From assembly GCA_963693055.1 (NCBI GenBank), contig OY843751.1:2210248-2274247 (forward strand): DNA of 64,000 nucleotides, read 5' to 3'. Below, piece by piece: positions 18,107-27,611 of this stretch. A model generated the notes under the pieces. That model saw only the letters and a program-made list of their open reading frames with translations. It had not been told where the DNA came from and made no database searches. The translations under genes were made by a program, and so were the position numbers. How positions within the stretch are numbered: position 1 is the first letter of the stretch; each line of letters opens with the position of its first letter. This DNA is from a bacterium. GTDB taxonomy: Bacteria > Zhuqueibacterota > Zhuqueibacteria > Residuimicrobiales > Krinioviventaceae.

Positions 18107-18964
18107 TTGGGGAGCATTATAAGTAATGAGTTTAGTAATTTGTTTTGGTTAGATGATAATTCAATAGTTTATACACGATCAACCGGTAAGAATTGGGATC
18201 ATACACCTTTCACATTAAATCCGACTGATATATACTTGCTTGATCTTGAAAGCAAAATGGAACAACAGATCACACATATGGGAAATGTTGATGAAATTGT
18301 CAATTGCTATGAGAATAATACTATACTCTTCAAAACTCTCGGAAAACACACAGAGACATCTGTTGTTGATCAGCGAGTCAATGATATCTATTCCGTCAAT
18401 AAGGAATGCTCTTTACTTAATATTAACGATTTATCGATTAACGAAATAATTTTACCAGATGGACAAATTTCCCCTGGATTTGAAATGATACTTCAACAGG
18501 ATAATAAGAATATGAAAATAGTTGATCTTGAGTCAATGATGCTTTTGGACAAAATCACTATTCCTGTAACTTGTGAAGATCAATCAATTAAATGGCTTAC
18601 AGAGAATCTTATATTTATTGGTTGCCAGGATGAAAGTTTGTCCCCAATAATATATATATATGATTTGTCTACTCGTACATTGCAAGAAGATACGCTTTTG
18701 ACTGAAGAAAAAAATATTTTTAATAGTTTTTTTCAAATTGCACCGAATAAAAAATGGTACAGTGCATCAAAATTAATTAACAGAAATTATATACTTTACT
18801 ATCAATACGTTGATCACCAAAATATTTATTTAATTTCCAATGATAGTATGTATGGGATATGGTCACCAAATTCTAAAAATATCGCATATATTGAAAAACG
18901 AGTTGATAGTAATAGTAACATAATGGAACTTTTAAAAGTTGAAGAAATACCTTTCAATCTTTAG
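18107..18964 (+). CDS. hypothetical beta-propeller-like protein; possible orphan RHS immunity gene truncated at 5' end by the IS3
   Basis: starts immediately at IS boundary; followed by the same terminator + cassette junction repeat that follows the two bona fide immunity genes. Confidence 0.35.
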   Translation: MGSIISNEFSNLFWLDDNSIVYTRSTGKNWDHTPFTLNPTDIYLLDLESKMEQQITHMGNVDEIVNCYENNTILFKTLGKHTETSVVDQRVNDIYSVNKECSLLNINDLSINEIILPDGQISPGFEMILQQDNKNMKIVDLESMMLLDKITIPVTCEDQSIKWLTENLIFIGCQDESLSPIIYIYDLSTRTLQEDTLLTEEKNIFNSFFQIAPNKKWYSASKLINRNYILYYQYVDHQNIYLISNDSMYGIWSPNSKNIAYIEKRVDSNSNIMELLKVEEIPFNL

Positions 18965-19083
18965 TAATTGTATAATACCAAGAAGCCTTTGCCACTGTCA
19001 CTGGAAAAGAATTGTTTTGTACAATTATATATAGGAATTATTAAATCCAAACTAGTATATTTGGCACAAGTTTACAATTTCAA

Positions 19084-19125
19084 GCGCCGGCACACTGCTA
19101 ACTATACAGTGTTCGGCGCTTTTTT
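19084..19125 (+). terminator. rho-independent terminator
   Basis: GCGCCGgcacactgctaactatacagtgttCGGCGC + TTTTTTG; paralogous copies at 21184-21230 and 23578-23628. Confidence 0.55.
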
Positions 19126-19700
19126 GTCTGAATTATGATTCATAGGATTATAGGATTACAGGATTGAATGGACGTTGTAATTCTAATCATGGGGAGATTG
19201 TCTTCGTCACAACTTTGATTATATCTCTTAACTCTCATTTTGAATACTTTGGGTGATTTGCAGTTTCGCTCTATTTTATCAAGAGGTCCGCCTGCTAATG
19301 AAGATAAATGATGTGTCAAGTCGGGTCCTGCCGGGTCCGTCTGCGCCGGTCAAAAGAAATGAATTTCGTTCTACATGTAATCCCCTGAATAATCTCAGAG
19401 GCTTCTTGCGGGGCTGGTCCTGAGCTTTCAAATCCCGGAGGAAAAGTGCCGCGAGTTGAGGGAGCGTGATCCGTTACTTACGGGATGGGGACTGAATCAG
19501 ATTTGCAGTACACGACGCTTGAGCAACTCTGACATGACCCGCGATTATACCCCATTTGGTGAAACCCTGGTCGCTTCAGGGAACAACGATAATAATTACC
19601 AGTACTCGCAAAAAGAGCTTGATTCGGATATCGGACTTTATTATACTCCATAGGCGCACCTCCGCGTTGCTGCGGTTTTGGAGCAAGATACTATAATCCC
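19126..19700 (+). repeat. RHS-cassette junction repeat copy 1 (AGGATTA direct repeats, then rhs core 3' fragment ...NNYQYSQKELDSDIGLYYTP)
   Basis: ~90 % identical to 23629-23938; 3' part identical to 21395-21490. Confidence 0.6.
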
Positions 19701-19718
19701 GGCATTGGACGCTGGTTT

Positions 19719-20252
19719 GTGCCCGACCCCGCCGGACAGGGATTCAGCCCGTATGTGTATTGCGGTAATAATCCGTTGATTATGGTGGACCCGGATGGGG
19801 AATTTTGGCAATTTGTTTTTGGTGCAGCTATTAATGTCTTTACTCATTGGGATGAGGTTAAACATGGCAATTTTTGGGATTTTTTAGGATTTGCCTCTGT
19901 AGGTGCTTTAGGCACAGGTTTGAGTATGATTGGCAATCCATCAGCATGGTATGGATTTCAAAATATTATTACTGGTGCAGGACAGGGTGCATTAATAGGA
20001 GGATTAAATTCATCTTTAAGCGGTAATAAGTTTTCTCAAGGTTTAAAGGGAGGAAGTATTTCTGGTGCTGCATTTGGCTTAATATCAACTGAACAGTTTC
20101 AAAATACCTTACGTGGAAATCTTTGGAAATCTGATCAACAGGTATTTGAGCAATTTGCAAGTTCAGAGGATTTTCAAGGAGCTATTGATTATTTCGGAGG
20201 AGAAGGTGTTTATGATCCAAATAATCAAGTATTTCAAGATCATCCAAATTGA
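19719..20252 (+). CDS. orphan RHS C-terminal toxin cassette 1 (frame opens 19623, no ATG; GARYYNPGIGRWFVPDP...MVDPDGE motif); terminated by in-frame TGA
   Basis: RHS core-end signature followed by Gly-rich hydrophobic segment. Confidence 0.6.
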   Translation: MPDPAGQGFSPYVYCGNNPLIMVDPDGEFWQFVFGAAINVFTHWDEVKHGNFWDFLGFASVGALGTGLSMIGNPSAWYGFQNIITGAGQGALIGGLNSSLSGNKFSQGLKGGSISGAAFGLISTEQFQNTLRGNLWKSDQQVFEQFASSEDFQGAIDYFGGEGVYDPNNQVFQDHPN

Positions 20253-20585
20253 GAAGCAGCGACTACTGATAATCCAAATGTCCGAACAATTTATAGTGAT
20301 AATTCATTTGCTGATGTAAATACATTAAAAACTAATATTTTTCACGAAAGTATTCATCGAAATCAGTTTTTATCTCATGATTTTTCTACTGAAGGTGTTA
20401 ATAATATGACACAATTAGAGAGATTCGATTTTACTGCCGCAATAGAAACACCAGCTTGGATAGCTTCTTATAGAAATCAAGGTTTAAATGGGAAGTCCAT
20501 TTCTTCTTGGAATATTTCACATTTTATAGGTGAAGAATATCAAAAATGGTGGCATTTTATCTATAAAATGCCACGAAGGTATTAA
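20253..20585 (+). other. in-frame continuation of toxin 1 past TGA (HExxH metallopeptidase-like motif NIFHESIHRNQ)
   Basis: same frame open for 110 more codons to TAA 20583-20585; next gene opens 9 nt later exactly as in cassette 2. Confidence 0.5.
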
Positions 20586-20606
20586 TACTTTTATATGAGG
20601 ATCATA

Positions 20607-21113
20607 ATGAAAAGTAGATTATTGATTTATTTTATTTTGCTATTATCAACTACTAATATAAGATGTGGTAGTAATCGTCAAAATTCTCAGTTATATGTAA
20701 ATCCAATGTTGATTATGTCCATTGAAACAAATAATAGTCATTATATAAAAAATGATAGTTTATTTTTACATACTTGGATTGAAAATAAAACCAATAAGGA
20801 ATTAACATTTTTTTTTAATGAAATTTTATTCGAGTTATTTATAAGTAAAAATGACTCGATAATCGATTTTTACAATATTGATGCAGAACAGCATGGTTTT
20901 GGTAAAATGTATGATAATATTTATAAAATAAAACCAAATGATAAATTGAATTTAATGTTTCGAATTGACAATGTTATTCCAAAAAGTTTTACTGGGAGAT
21001 ATAATCTAATGTTATTATATAGATCCCAAATATCAAAAAGATATAATAAAGATGTATGGACCGGAAATTTATTATCAAATGAAATTGAGCTGTTTATTGA
21101 GGAGAAAGAATAA
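20607..21113 (+). CDS. putative secreted immunity protein for RHS toxin 1
   Basis: GAGGA RBS; SP MKSRLLIYFILLLSTTNIRCGS (ORF-track start 20595); position directly after toxin. Confidence 0.55.
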   Translation: MKSRLLIYFILLLSTTNIRCGSNRQNSQLYVNPMLIMSIETNNSHYIKNDSLFLHTWIENKTNKELTFFFNEILFELFISKNDSIIDFYNIDAEQHGFGKMYDNIYKIKPNDKLNLMFRIDNVIPKSFTGRYNLMLLYRSQISKRYNKDVWTGNLLSNEIELFIEEKE

Positions 21114-21183
21114 TAACGAAACGATATTTGTCGATTATACTGAATAGTCCGTTGCCCGCACCAATTGGTGCGGGTTTTTACTT

Positions 21184-21500
21184 TAAGCGCCGGCACACTG
21201 CTAACAATACAGTGACCGGAGCTTTTTTTGTCTGAATTATGATTCGTAGGATTAAAGGATTGAGTTGACGTTGTAAAACAGATCATAGGGTAGATTGTCT
21301 CTGTCACGGTTGAATTATACCTCTTTGCGCTCATTGCGAATGTTCTGAGAGCTTTGCGGTTTCTGACCTCCGGGCGGTCTTTACCCACCGGTTCTCGCCA
21401 AAAGAGCTTGACTCGGGTATTGGACTTTGTTATACTCCATAGGCGCACCTCCGCGTTGCTGCGGTTTTGGAGCAAGATACTATAATCCCGGTATTGGGCG
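21184..21500 (+). repeat. RHS-cassette junction repeat copy 2 (terminator + 5' conserved part + rhs 3' homology; middle deleted)
   Basis: alignment to copies 1 and 3. Confidence 0.55.
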
Positions 21501-22419
21501 CTGGTTTGTGCCAGACCCCGCCGGACAGGGATTCAGCCCGTATGTGTATTGCGGTAATAATCCGCTGATTATGGTTGATCCGGATGGAGAGTGGGCTTTT
21601 TTGATGCCAATTATAACAAGCGGCTTAATTCGAGCTTTTTCTGGCAATCCGTCTAATTTTGGCAAGAATTTTGGTATTGGAGCGGCGTTTGGAGCTCTGG
21701 GCGTATTATCAGCTGGCGGCATTAGTGCTTTTACCTCAACATCATTTTTACAAGGAGCAGGTACAGCAATGACTGTGCTTGGTGCGGAAACCGGATCAGG
21801 ATTATTATGGGATATGGCAAGAAATAATACGGGGTTTGGTAATATTATTGATAATCAGATGGGTTCAGTAATTGGCACCGCATTTAATTTTATTGGTCCT
21901 ACTATACTGGAAAGTGAGTTGTTTTTACGTTTTACAAAGCCACCTGACCATATTCAAACGTTTGCTGCTGAAACGCAGAAAGAAGAAGAAATTATACAAG
22001 AGTTATTGGTTCCCCAAAAAGGTGAAAGCTCCTTTGAATTTAAAAAGGGTCAAATCGGCAGGTATGCACATGAGGGAAATATGGCAAATGGCTCCTATTT
22101 TATAGTAAATACGAATGATATGAATGTTTCTATTGTACGATTTGGGAAAGGAAATCTTCATGGCGCAGTTGCTGCACGAAAAGGTTTATTTATGGCGTCA
22201 GAACGCCCTCCGTGGCAATATATCTCGCGGGATGTTTGCCTTCAACAAGGTGCAAGGTCAATAAGAAAAGCAGTCGGCGGTGCTTTCTTAGCAAACCAGT
22301 TGTTCGGGAATTCGGTGTTTACACGATTATCATCAGCCGTTTTTAGCGGTGGATATGGGCCTGCTGCAGGGCTTCAGTGGATGGGAACACAATATTATAA
22401 TTATCAAGAAAAATATTAG
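21427..22419 (+). CDS. orphan RHS C-terminal toxin cassette 2 (frame opens 21412, no ATG; ...GARYYNPGIGRWFVPDP..MVDPDGEW + novel CT)
   Basis: RHS end motif; Gly-rich hydrophobic region then unique C-terminus. Confidence 0.6.
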   Translation: MLYSIGAPPRCCGFGARYYNPGIGRWFVPDPAGQGFSPYVYCGNNPLIMVDPDGEWAFLMPIITSGLIRAFSGNPSNFGKNFGIGAAFGALGVLSAGGISAFTSTSFLQGAGTAMTVLGAETGSGLLWDMARNNTGFGNIIDNQMGSVIGTAFNFIGPTILESELFLRFTKPPDHIQTFAAETQKEEEIIQELLVPQKGESSFEFKKGQIGRYAHEGNMANGSYFIVNTNDMNVSIVRFGKGNLHGAVAARKGLFMASERPPWQYISRDVCLQQGARSIRKAVGGAFLANQLFGNSVFTRLSSAVFSGGYGPAAGLQWMGTQYYNYQEKY

Positions 22420-22428
22420 GGCAAATTA

Positions 22429-23481
22429 ATGAAAGCGAAAATGATTCTGTTTTTTATATTGTTTTCAAAGACCATAATGTCTGCTGAAACACCCTGGATG
22501 GTTTATATGGAACCCGCGGCAAATGACCAGAAAAGATTAGTAGTTTATGATATTGGTAACGATTCATTGGTAACAGATTTTTTTACACAATTATCAGGGT
22601 CTTTTCTGGTAATGAAGTTTTTTTCAAACACCGGACTCATTGGTTTTGCATCTGATAATCATTTATACAAGATTGATATTGAAAACAAAAAAATAGAAAA
22701 CCTTCCCGAATTAAATAGTTCGGCATTAAATTATGGGCAGGATATATGGATTATCTTATATGGTGATATTTTGAACGTGAATGTGCCAGGAAAATCGTTT
22801 TCAATGGATTTGAAAAGTATAATCAATCACAAATACCGTGAAATTGTCCGTTTTGAATGGGTATTGAAAAAAGAGGAAACAGTTTATATTGGCGTGTTGA
22901 CAATTGATGATAAAAATAAATATCACCGCGTATTGATCAAGAAAACCTTGAATGAAATAATATGCTGTAATATTGAAAACAAAACCGGATTATCGTTTTG
23001 GGATAGGAGCTGTATTGAAGAAAAGAGTAATCCTTTTAATGATTATGTTGGATTAATTTATGTTAATTCAAAAACATTTAAACGGGAATTGGTCTTTTTC
23101 GATTTGCGGAAAAATGAGCTCATTCATGCGGCGACAAATGTAGATGATTTTGTGTGGTTGAATGGTGATTCATTGGCGTTGTATTCGTATAATCGTGATG
23201 CAGGAGAATATCAGATTGATATGTTTGATTCTGTGACTAAAGAAAGGACTGAATTGTTTCAATATGATCATATTGGCCATAATCAAAATTTGTTTTACTT
23301 TGATAATTCTTTATATTTTAAACATTTTTCAAGACACATGGAAATTTTTACAAAAATTAAATTCAGAAAATATAATGTGTTAACAAATGATGTTACAGAT
23401 GTTCTTGAATTTAATAAAAGCCGAGATTCCTATTATAACATTTTTGATTGGGATATTAGAATTGTGAATCTTGAAGAGTAG
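22429..23481 (+). CDS. putative secreted immunity protein for RHS toxin 2
   Basis: 350 aa, SP MKAKMILFFILFSKTIMSAETPW; 9 nt after toxin stop. Confidence 0.55.
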   Translation: MKAKMILFFILFSKTIMSAETPWMVYMEPAANDQKRLVVYDIGNDSLVTDFFTQLSGSFLVMKFFSNTGLIGFASDNHLYKIDIENKKIENLPELNSSALNYGQDIWIILYGDILNVNVPGKSFSMDLKSIINHKYREIVRFEWVLKKEETVYIGVLTIDDKNKYHRVLIKKTLNEIICCNIENKTGLSFWDRSCIEEKSNPFNDYVGLIYVNSKTFKRELVFFDLRKNELIHAATNVDDFVWLNGDSLALYSYNRDAGEYQIDMFDSVTKERTELFQYDHIGHNQNLFYFDNSLYFKHFSRHMEIFTKIKFRKYNVLTNDVTDVLEFNKSRDSYYNIFDWDIRIVNLEE

Positions 23482-23577
23482 TTATTAACCTGGGCTTATA
23501 GCCCAGGTTTTTCTTATCCGGTATACATTCTGTTTTTACGAGTTTAGAATTACGAAATATACTAAACAATTTAGCAC

Positions 23578-23938
23578 CGTCTCACTGCAAACCATGCAGT
23601 GCCCGGCGTTTTTTTTGTCTGAATTATGATTTATAGGATAAAATATGACAGGATTGAATTGACGTTATGAAACTGTTCATGAGGGAGATTGTCTCCGTTA
23701 CAACTCTGATTATCCCTTTTAACTCTCATTTCGAATATACTCTGGGGGCTTTGCATTTTAATCCTATTTTATCATGAGGTCCGCCTGCGAATAAAGATAC
23801 ATGATGCGTCAAGTCGTGTCCTGCCTGCCGGGTCCGTCTGTACCGGGCAAGCGAAATAAATTTTGTTCTACATATAATCCCCTGAATAATCTCAGAGGCT
23901 TCTTGCGGGGCCGGTCCCGAAGTGAATTCAGAATGACC
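23578..23938 (+). repeat. RHS-cassette junction repeat copy 3, truncated before the GARYY region
   Basis: homology breaks at ~23938. Confidence 0.55.
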
Positions 23939-24135
23939 TCTAAATCATATCCCTTGAAACCAAAAAATCCCCAGAAAAATTCTGAGGCTTTTTGTGTTCT
24001 TACTTGAATATGTTATTCATGCCGCCTCGTGCTGCCTTATAAAGGCCCCTTGAGCGTACGTCCTAAACGCTGCATGCGCAAGTTTAAACAAGAAGTTTGA
24101 TATAGTTGCTCAAAATCCAACGTTTTTGAGACACT

Positions 24136-24168
24136 TTAAAAGCCTGAATTTTCAGGCTTTTTTTTATG
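24136..24168 (+). terminator. rho-independent terminator hairpin (AGCCTGAAttTTCAGGCT + T8) nested inside a 10-bp inverted repeat TTTGAGACAC/GTGTCTCAAA
   Basis: read directly. Confidence 0.5.
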
Positions 24169-24379
24169 CCTGATTGTGTCTCAAAAGTCGTCTCATATTC
24201 TAATTCTTAATTCCTCAACATTATACCCTTTTTGAGACTTTCCCAAAATCATCATATGATGAAATTAATCTATTTTTTTCATTTTTTTTCAAAAAAAATA
24301 CCAAAAAATTGAACTCTCCTTGTATTTATAAATGAGAGCCAATAGGACTCATAAATTTTTATTAAAATTAGGAGGTAAC

Positions 24380-25222
24380 ATGAAAGAAATGTTACTACCT
24401 GATGTAGTTAATCAAAACTTGCAGAGCATAGCTGATGCAAGACAAACCCCCTTACTCTCAATCATGTGCGGAAAGTCCGGCATCAATTGGCGTACGGTAG
24501 ATTCGATGTATAACAGTTTACATGGCATCGAACTAGCGAAACTTGATCTTTTAATCCAGGCAAATGACTCGGATTACGATGTAATTTCGCAGACACTTGA
24601 AATTCTGAAGAAATCAGTGGATGAATTACATGTAATTATACCAGCACCTCTTGTGAGATTGTCTGGCTTAATCGCATTATCATCAAGCTCTATTACCCTC
24701 GGAACATTTGGGTCAATTACTCCAATTACACCTGGCTATGATCCAAACACTCCTGAGAATAGTGAAAAAGCGATATCTCACTTTTCTGTAAATGGTTTCA
24801 ATGTTGTGAACAAATTGCAATTTGACGCCATCGAAACGTTACAGTGTAGAATCATCGATGCCAGCGGTGATAATGTATCTGTAAAGGATGCCTGGGACAT
24901 CGCAGCCAGTTTTGTATCTGAAACCAGCTATGAGAACATTGATGAGAAAACCGCTAATAACTATGATTCTGTTAACGCGACCATCGATGCTGTAAAAAGA
25001 GCACTGGACATAGGGAACTGTGTATCAGGGGAGAATGATGAAATCGCAAAGAAACTGGTCACCGGGTTTTCGAATCCGAACCAATTCATCAGATTCGATG
25101 AGTTAAAGGCGATGGGTTTTAATGTGAATCGTGCTGATGAAGATCTTGATTTCACTTTATACGAGTTATCAGCACAACCGGACTCTACAAAGTGGGCTGA
25201 TTTATTTAAATGGGTAATTTAA
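24380..25222 (+). CDS. hypothetical protein (no signal peptide, no recognisable domain)
   Basis: AGGAGG RBS 6 nt upstream of ATG 24380 (ORF-track start 24332). Confidence 0.6.
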   Translation: MKEMLLPDVVNQNLQSIADARQTPLLSIMCGKSGINWRTVDSMYNSLHGIELAKLDLLIQANDSDYDVISQTLEILKKSVDELHVIIPAPLVRLSGLIALSSSSITLGTFGSITPITPGYDPNTPENSEKAISHFSVNGFNVVNKLQFDAIETLQCRIIDASGDNVSVKDAWDIAASFVSETSYENIDEKTANNYDSVNATIDAVKRALDIGNCVSGENDEIAKKLVTGFSNPNQFIRFDELKAMGFNVNRADEDLDFTLYELSAQPDSTKWADLFKWVI

Positions 25223-25622
25223 ATTTTTTCGGATTTGAAAAAGCAGTTAAAATAGCAGGTTTTATTGCTTTGCTATATTCTTTTATCAATTTAGGGCCTA
25301 TAATTTATTTCTCGCAATTTTAGTATAGTTACATTAATTAAGAGGCAACGATTATTTTTAAAAATTGCATAGTTATTTTTTTGTGAGTTAATGTGCTATT
25401 TAGCAAAAAAACCTTGTTATGTTCTCCAGAATTTGTTAGTATAATATCTACTTTAGATGGTAATTGTACTGATACCTCCTCCGGGTGATATAATACATTT
25501 GGATTTTTTCTACAGGTTAGAAATAATAGGTTCTGGTTTGAGGTTAATAGATTAGGGTAGGTTTTTGATAAAATAATTTGAGACAAACTGACACCGATAA
25601 TTATTTCCAACTATTTTGAAAG

Positions 25623-26285
25623 ATGCTAATGACAAAAATACAAATTTTGCTAATTGAAGACAATGACCTTCTTCGGGAAGGCATTGCAGCTATGCTCAAT
25701 GATCATCATGAATTCAATGTCATTGCACGATCTGAAGATGGTAATATTCTGCAACAACTCAACAAGCTGGGGGAATTACCCAATATCGTCCTTTTAGACC
25801 TGGGATTGGAAAAAGTAAACAGTTTAATGTTGATGAAGCAACTTTTTGAAGAATTACCAACGGTCAAAATCATTGCCATGGACATCCTTCCCGATCACGT
25901 CGATATTGTCGAATTTGTTAAAGCCGGTGGCTCCGGTTTTATTCTTAAAAACGCCCCTTCGCAAGATTGGATCGAAACAATCAAATCCGTTGCTGTGGGC
26001 GCCAAAGTACTGCCCCCGGGTTTGACCCAATCACTGTTTACACAAATCATCGAAATGGCCCTCAAAAACAAAGATGGCATACCTGCCGACTCGGTCCGCT
26101 TTACGAACCGGGAACGTGAAGTTATCAACCTGATTACTGCAGGTCTGAGCAACAAAGAAATCGCGGAATCACTTCACATCTCCACTTATACCGTCAAGAG
26201 CCATGTGCACAATGTCCTGGAAAAGCTGGAACTCAGTAGCCGACTTCAGATTGCGGCACATATCCGCAATGAAGGCCAAATATAA
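25623..26285 (+). CDS. response regulator, NarL/FixJ (LuxR-type HTH) family
   Basis: REC domain (LLIEDND...D..L) + C-terminal LTNREREVINLITAGLSNKEIAESLHISTYTVKSHVHNVLEKL. Confidence 0.85.
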   Translation: MLMTKIQILLIEDNDLLREGIAAMLNDHHEFNVIARSEDGNILQQLNKLGELPNIVLLDLGLEKVNSLMLMKQLFEELPTVKIIAMDILPDHVDIVEFVKAGGSGFILKNAPSQDWIETIKSVAVGAKVLPPGLTQSLFTQIIEMALKNKDGIPADSVRFTNREREVINLITAGLSNKEIAESLHISTYTVKSHVHNVLEKLELSSRLQIAAHIRNEGQI

Positions 26286-26555
26286 TCGTCCCCATATACT
26301 GATTATCATTCACTCCATTATTAGCAATTATAACAACCTCCTGATACATACTAACTGCATAACAAATTCACAGTTTTCTTGAAATTTGATTTTTCCCTCA
26401 AATAGCTCTAGTCCTTTATCAAACTTGGGAATTAGTTCTAAATTCAATCTTTTGCCCGATTGTTATTATGGTTAATTTTGAGTAACTATAATAGTCTAAA
26501 ACTGTATCCAATGGAAAAGATTATGAAGAAATTTAGAAACAAAAGAGGTTAAGCA

Positions 26556-27269
26556 GTGCAATTGAGTATTCATTATTATGTCTTGTCATTGAGTGATCAA
26601 TTAAGCATTCTTTATGAAGCTTTTCGGGACAAACTTATTTCGATCCAAAACTCAAATTTCCCGTTTGAATCTTTTATTCACGCAGATCATTCTGATAATC
26701 AGGCATTTAGAAACTCCCAATTGAAAGAATTTTTCCGCCAGACAGACCAGCATTTTATTCATTATTATGATCAGGACCCGCTTTACCTTGTAGTTGTAGG
26801 CGAAAAAAACAACCTGTCCATTTTTGAAACCCTGATAACCCATCGGGACGCATTAATCGGACACATTGAAGGTAATTATATTATAACCTCTCCTCATGAT
26901 TTGGGAAAAATTGTCTGGCCAGTTATTAAAGAAGCCATATCCGGCTCAAATAATAATGCTTTACGTGAACTGACAAAGGCGGCAGAAGCGAGTAATGTCG
27001 TCTCCGGAATTGATGCAGTAGGGCAATCCGCTGAAACTGAAACAGGCCCCATGTTATATGTTGAAGAAGATTATCATGTAAAGGGTAGTCTTCGAAAAGT
27101 AGATCAAACAACAATTGTACGTTCAAAACATGTGGAATTATGGGATGTTATCGATGACGTGGTGGATATCATCATCGAAAAAGTACTTGAAATGGGTGGC
27201 ACTGTAATCTTTATGAAAAATGACTCATTGAAAAATCATGAGAGAATCGCTTTGGTCCCAAGTAGTTGA
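26556..27269 (+). CDS. hypothetical protein (GTG start)
   Basis: AAGAGG RBS then GTG; 237 aa. Confidence 0.5.
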   Translation: MQLSIHYYVLSLSDQLSILYEAFRDKLISIQNSNFPFESFIHADHSDNQAFRNSQLKEFFRQTDQHFIHYYDQDPLYLVVVGEKNNLSIFETLITHRDALIGHIEGNYIITSPHDLGKIVWPVIKEAISGSNNNALRELTKAAEASNVVSGIDAVGQSAETETGPMLYVEEDYHVKGSLRKVDQTTIVRSKHVELWDVIDDVVDIIIEKVLEMGGTVIFMKNDSLKNHERIALVPSS

Positions 27270-27323
27270 TCACCATGATAGAGTTAACAATAAAGAAAAT
27301 GTAGTAAACAAAAGGTATTGAAC

Positions 27324-27596
27324 ATGACAAATAGTGAAAAGCAGCTTTTTGAGGATTTGTCAATCGAGCATATGGATAGTTTATATACCAACGCGATTCG
27401 ATTGGCACGAAGTACCATAGGCGCTGAATATCTGGTGCAGAAAACCTATGCCTATGCTTTTTGTTTTTTTGATCAGTATGACAAAAACTCTAATTTCAAT
27501 AATTGGCTGAACGAGATTTTGATAATTATCTATACCAATGTTAACCCATATGTTCAAGCACCAATCTACACGAGTTTAGTTGAAATAGAAAAATAG
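27324..27596 (+). CDS. truncated ECF sigma-factor-like protein (sigma-2 region only)
   Basis: ...AEYLVQKTYAYAF.FDQYDKNSNFNNWLNEI resembles sigma70 region 2; no region 4. Confidence 0.4.
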   Translation: MTNSEKQLFEDLSIEHMDSLYTNAIRLARSTIGAEYLVQKTYAYAFCFFDQYDKNSNFNNWLNEILIIIYTNVNPYVQAPIYTSLVEIEK

Positions 27597-27611
27597 AAAA
27601 GGGAGCAAGTT

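Noticed and set aside
20921-21722. Minus-strand ORFs 20921..21475 and 21480..21722
   Set aside because: Overlap the immunity gene / junction repeat / toxin 2 on the opposite strand. No RBS. Composition-driven.
23801-24007. 68-aa ORF in junction repeat copy 3
   Set aside because: Frame differs from the rhs-homology frame in copies 1 and 2. It is part of the truncated repeat, not an independent gene.
25338-25610. Minus-strand 90-aa ORF
   Set aside because: AT-rich intergenic region upstream of the response regulator. No RBS. Low-complexity translation.
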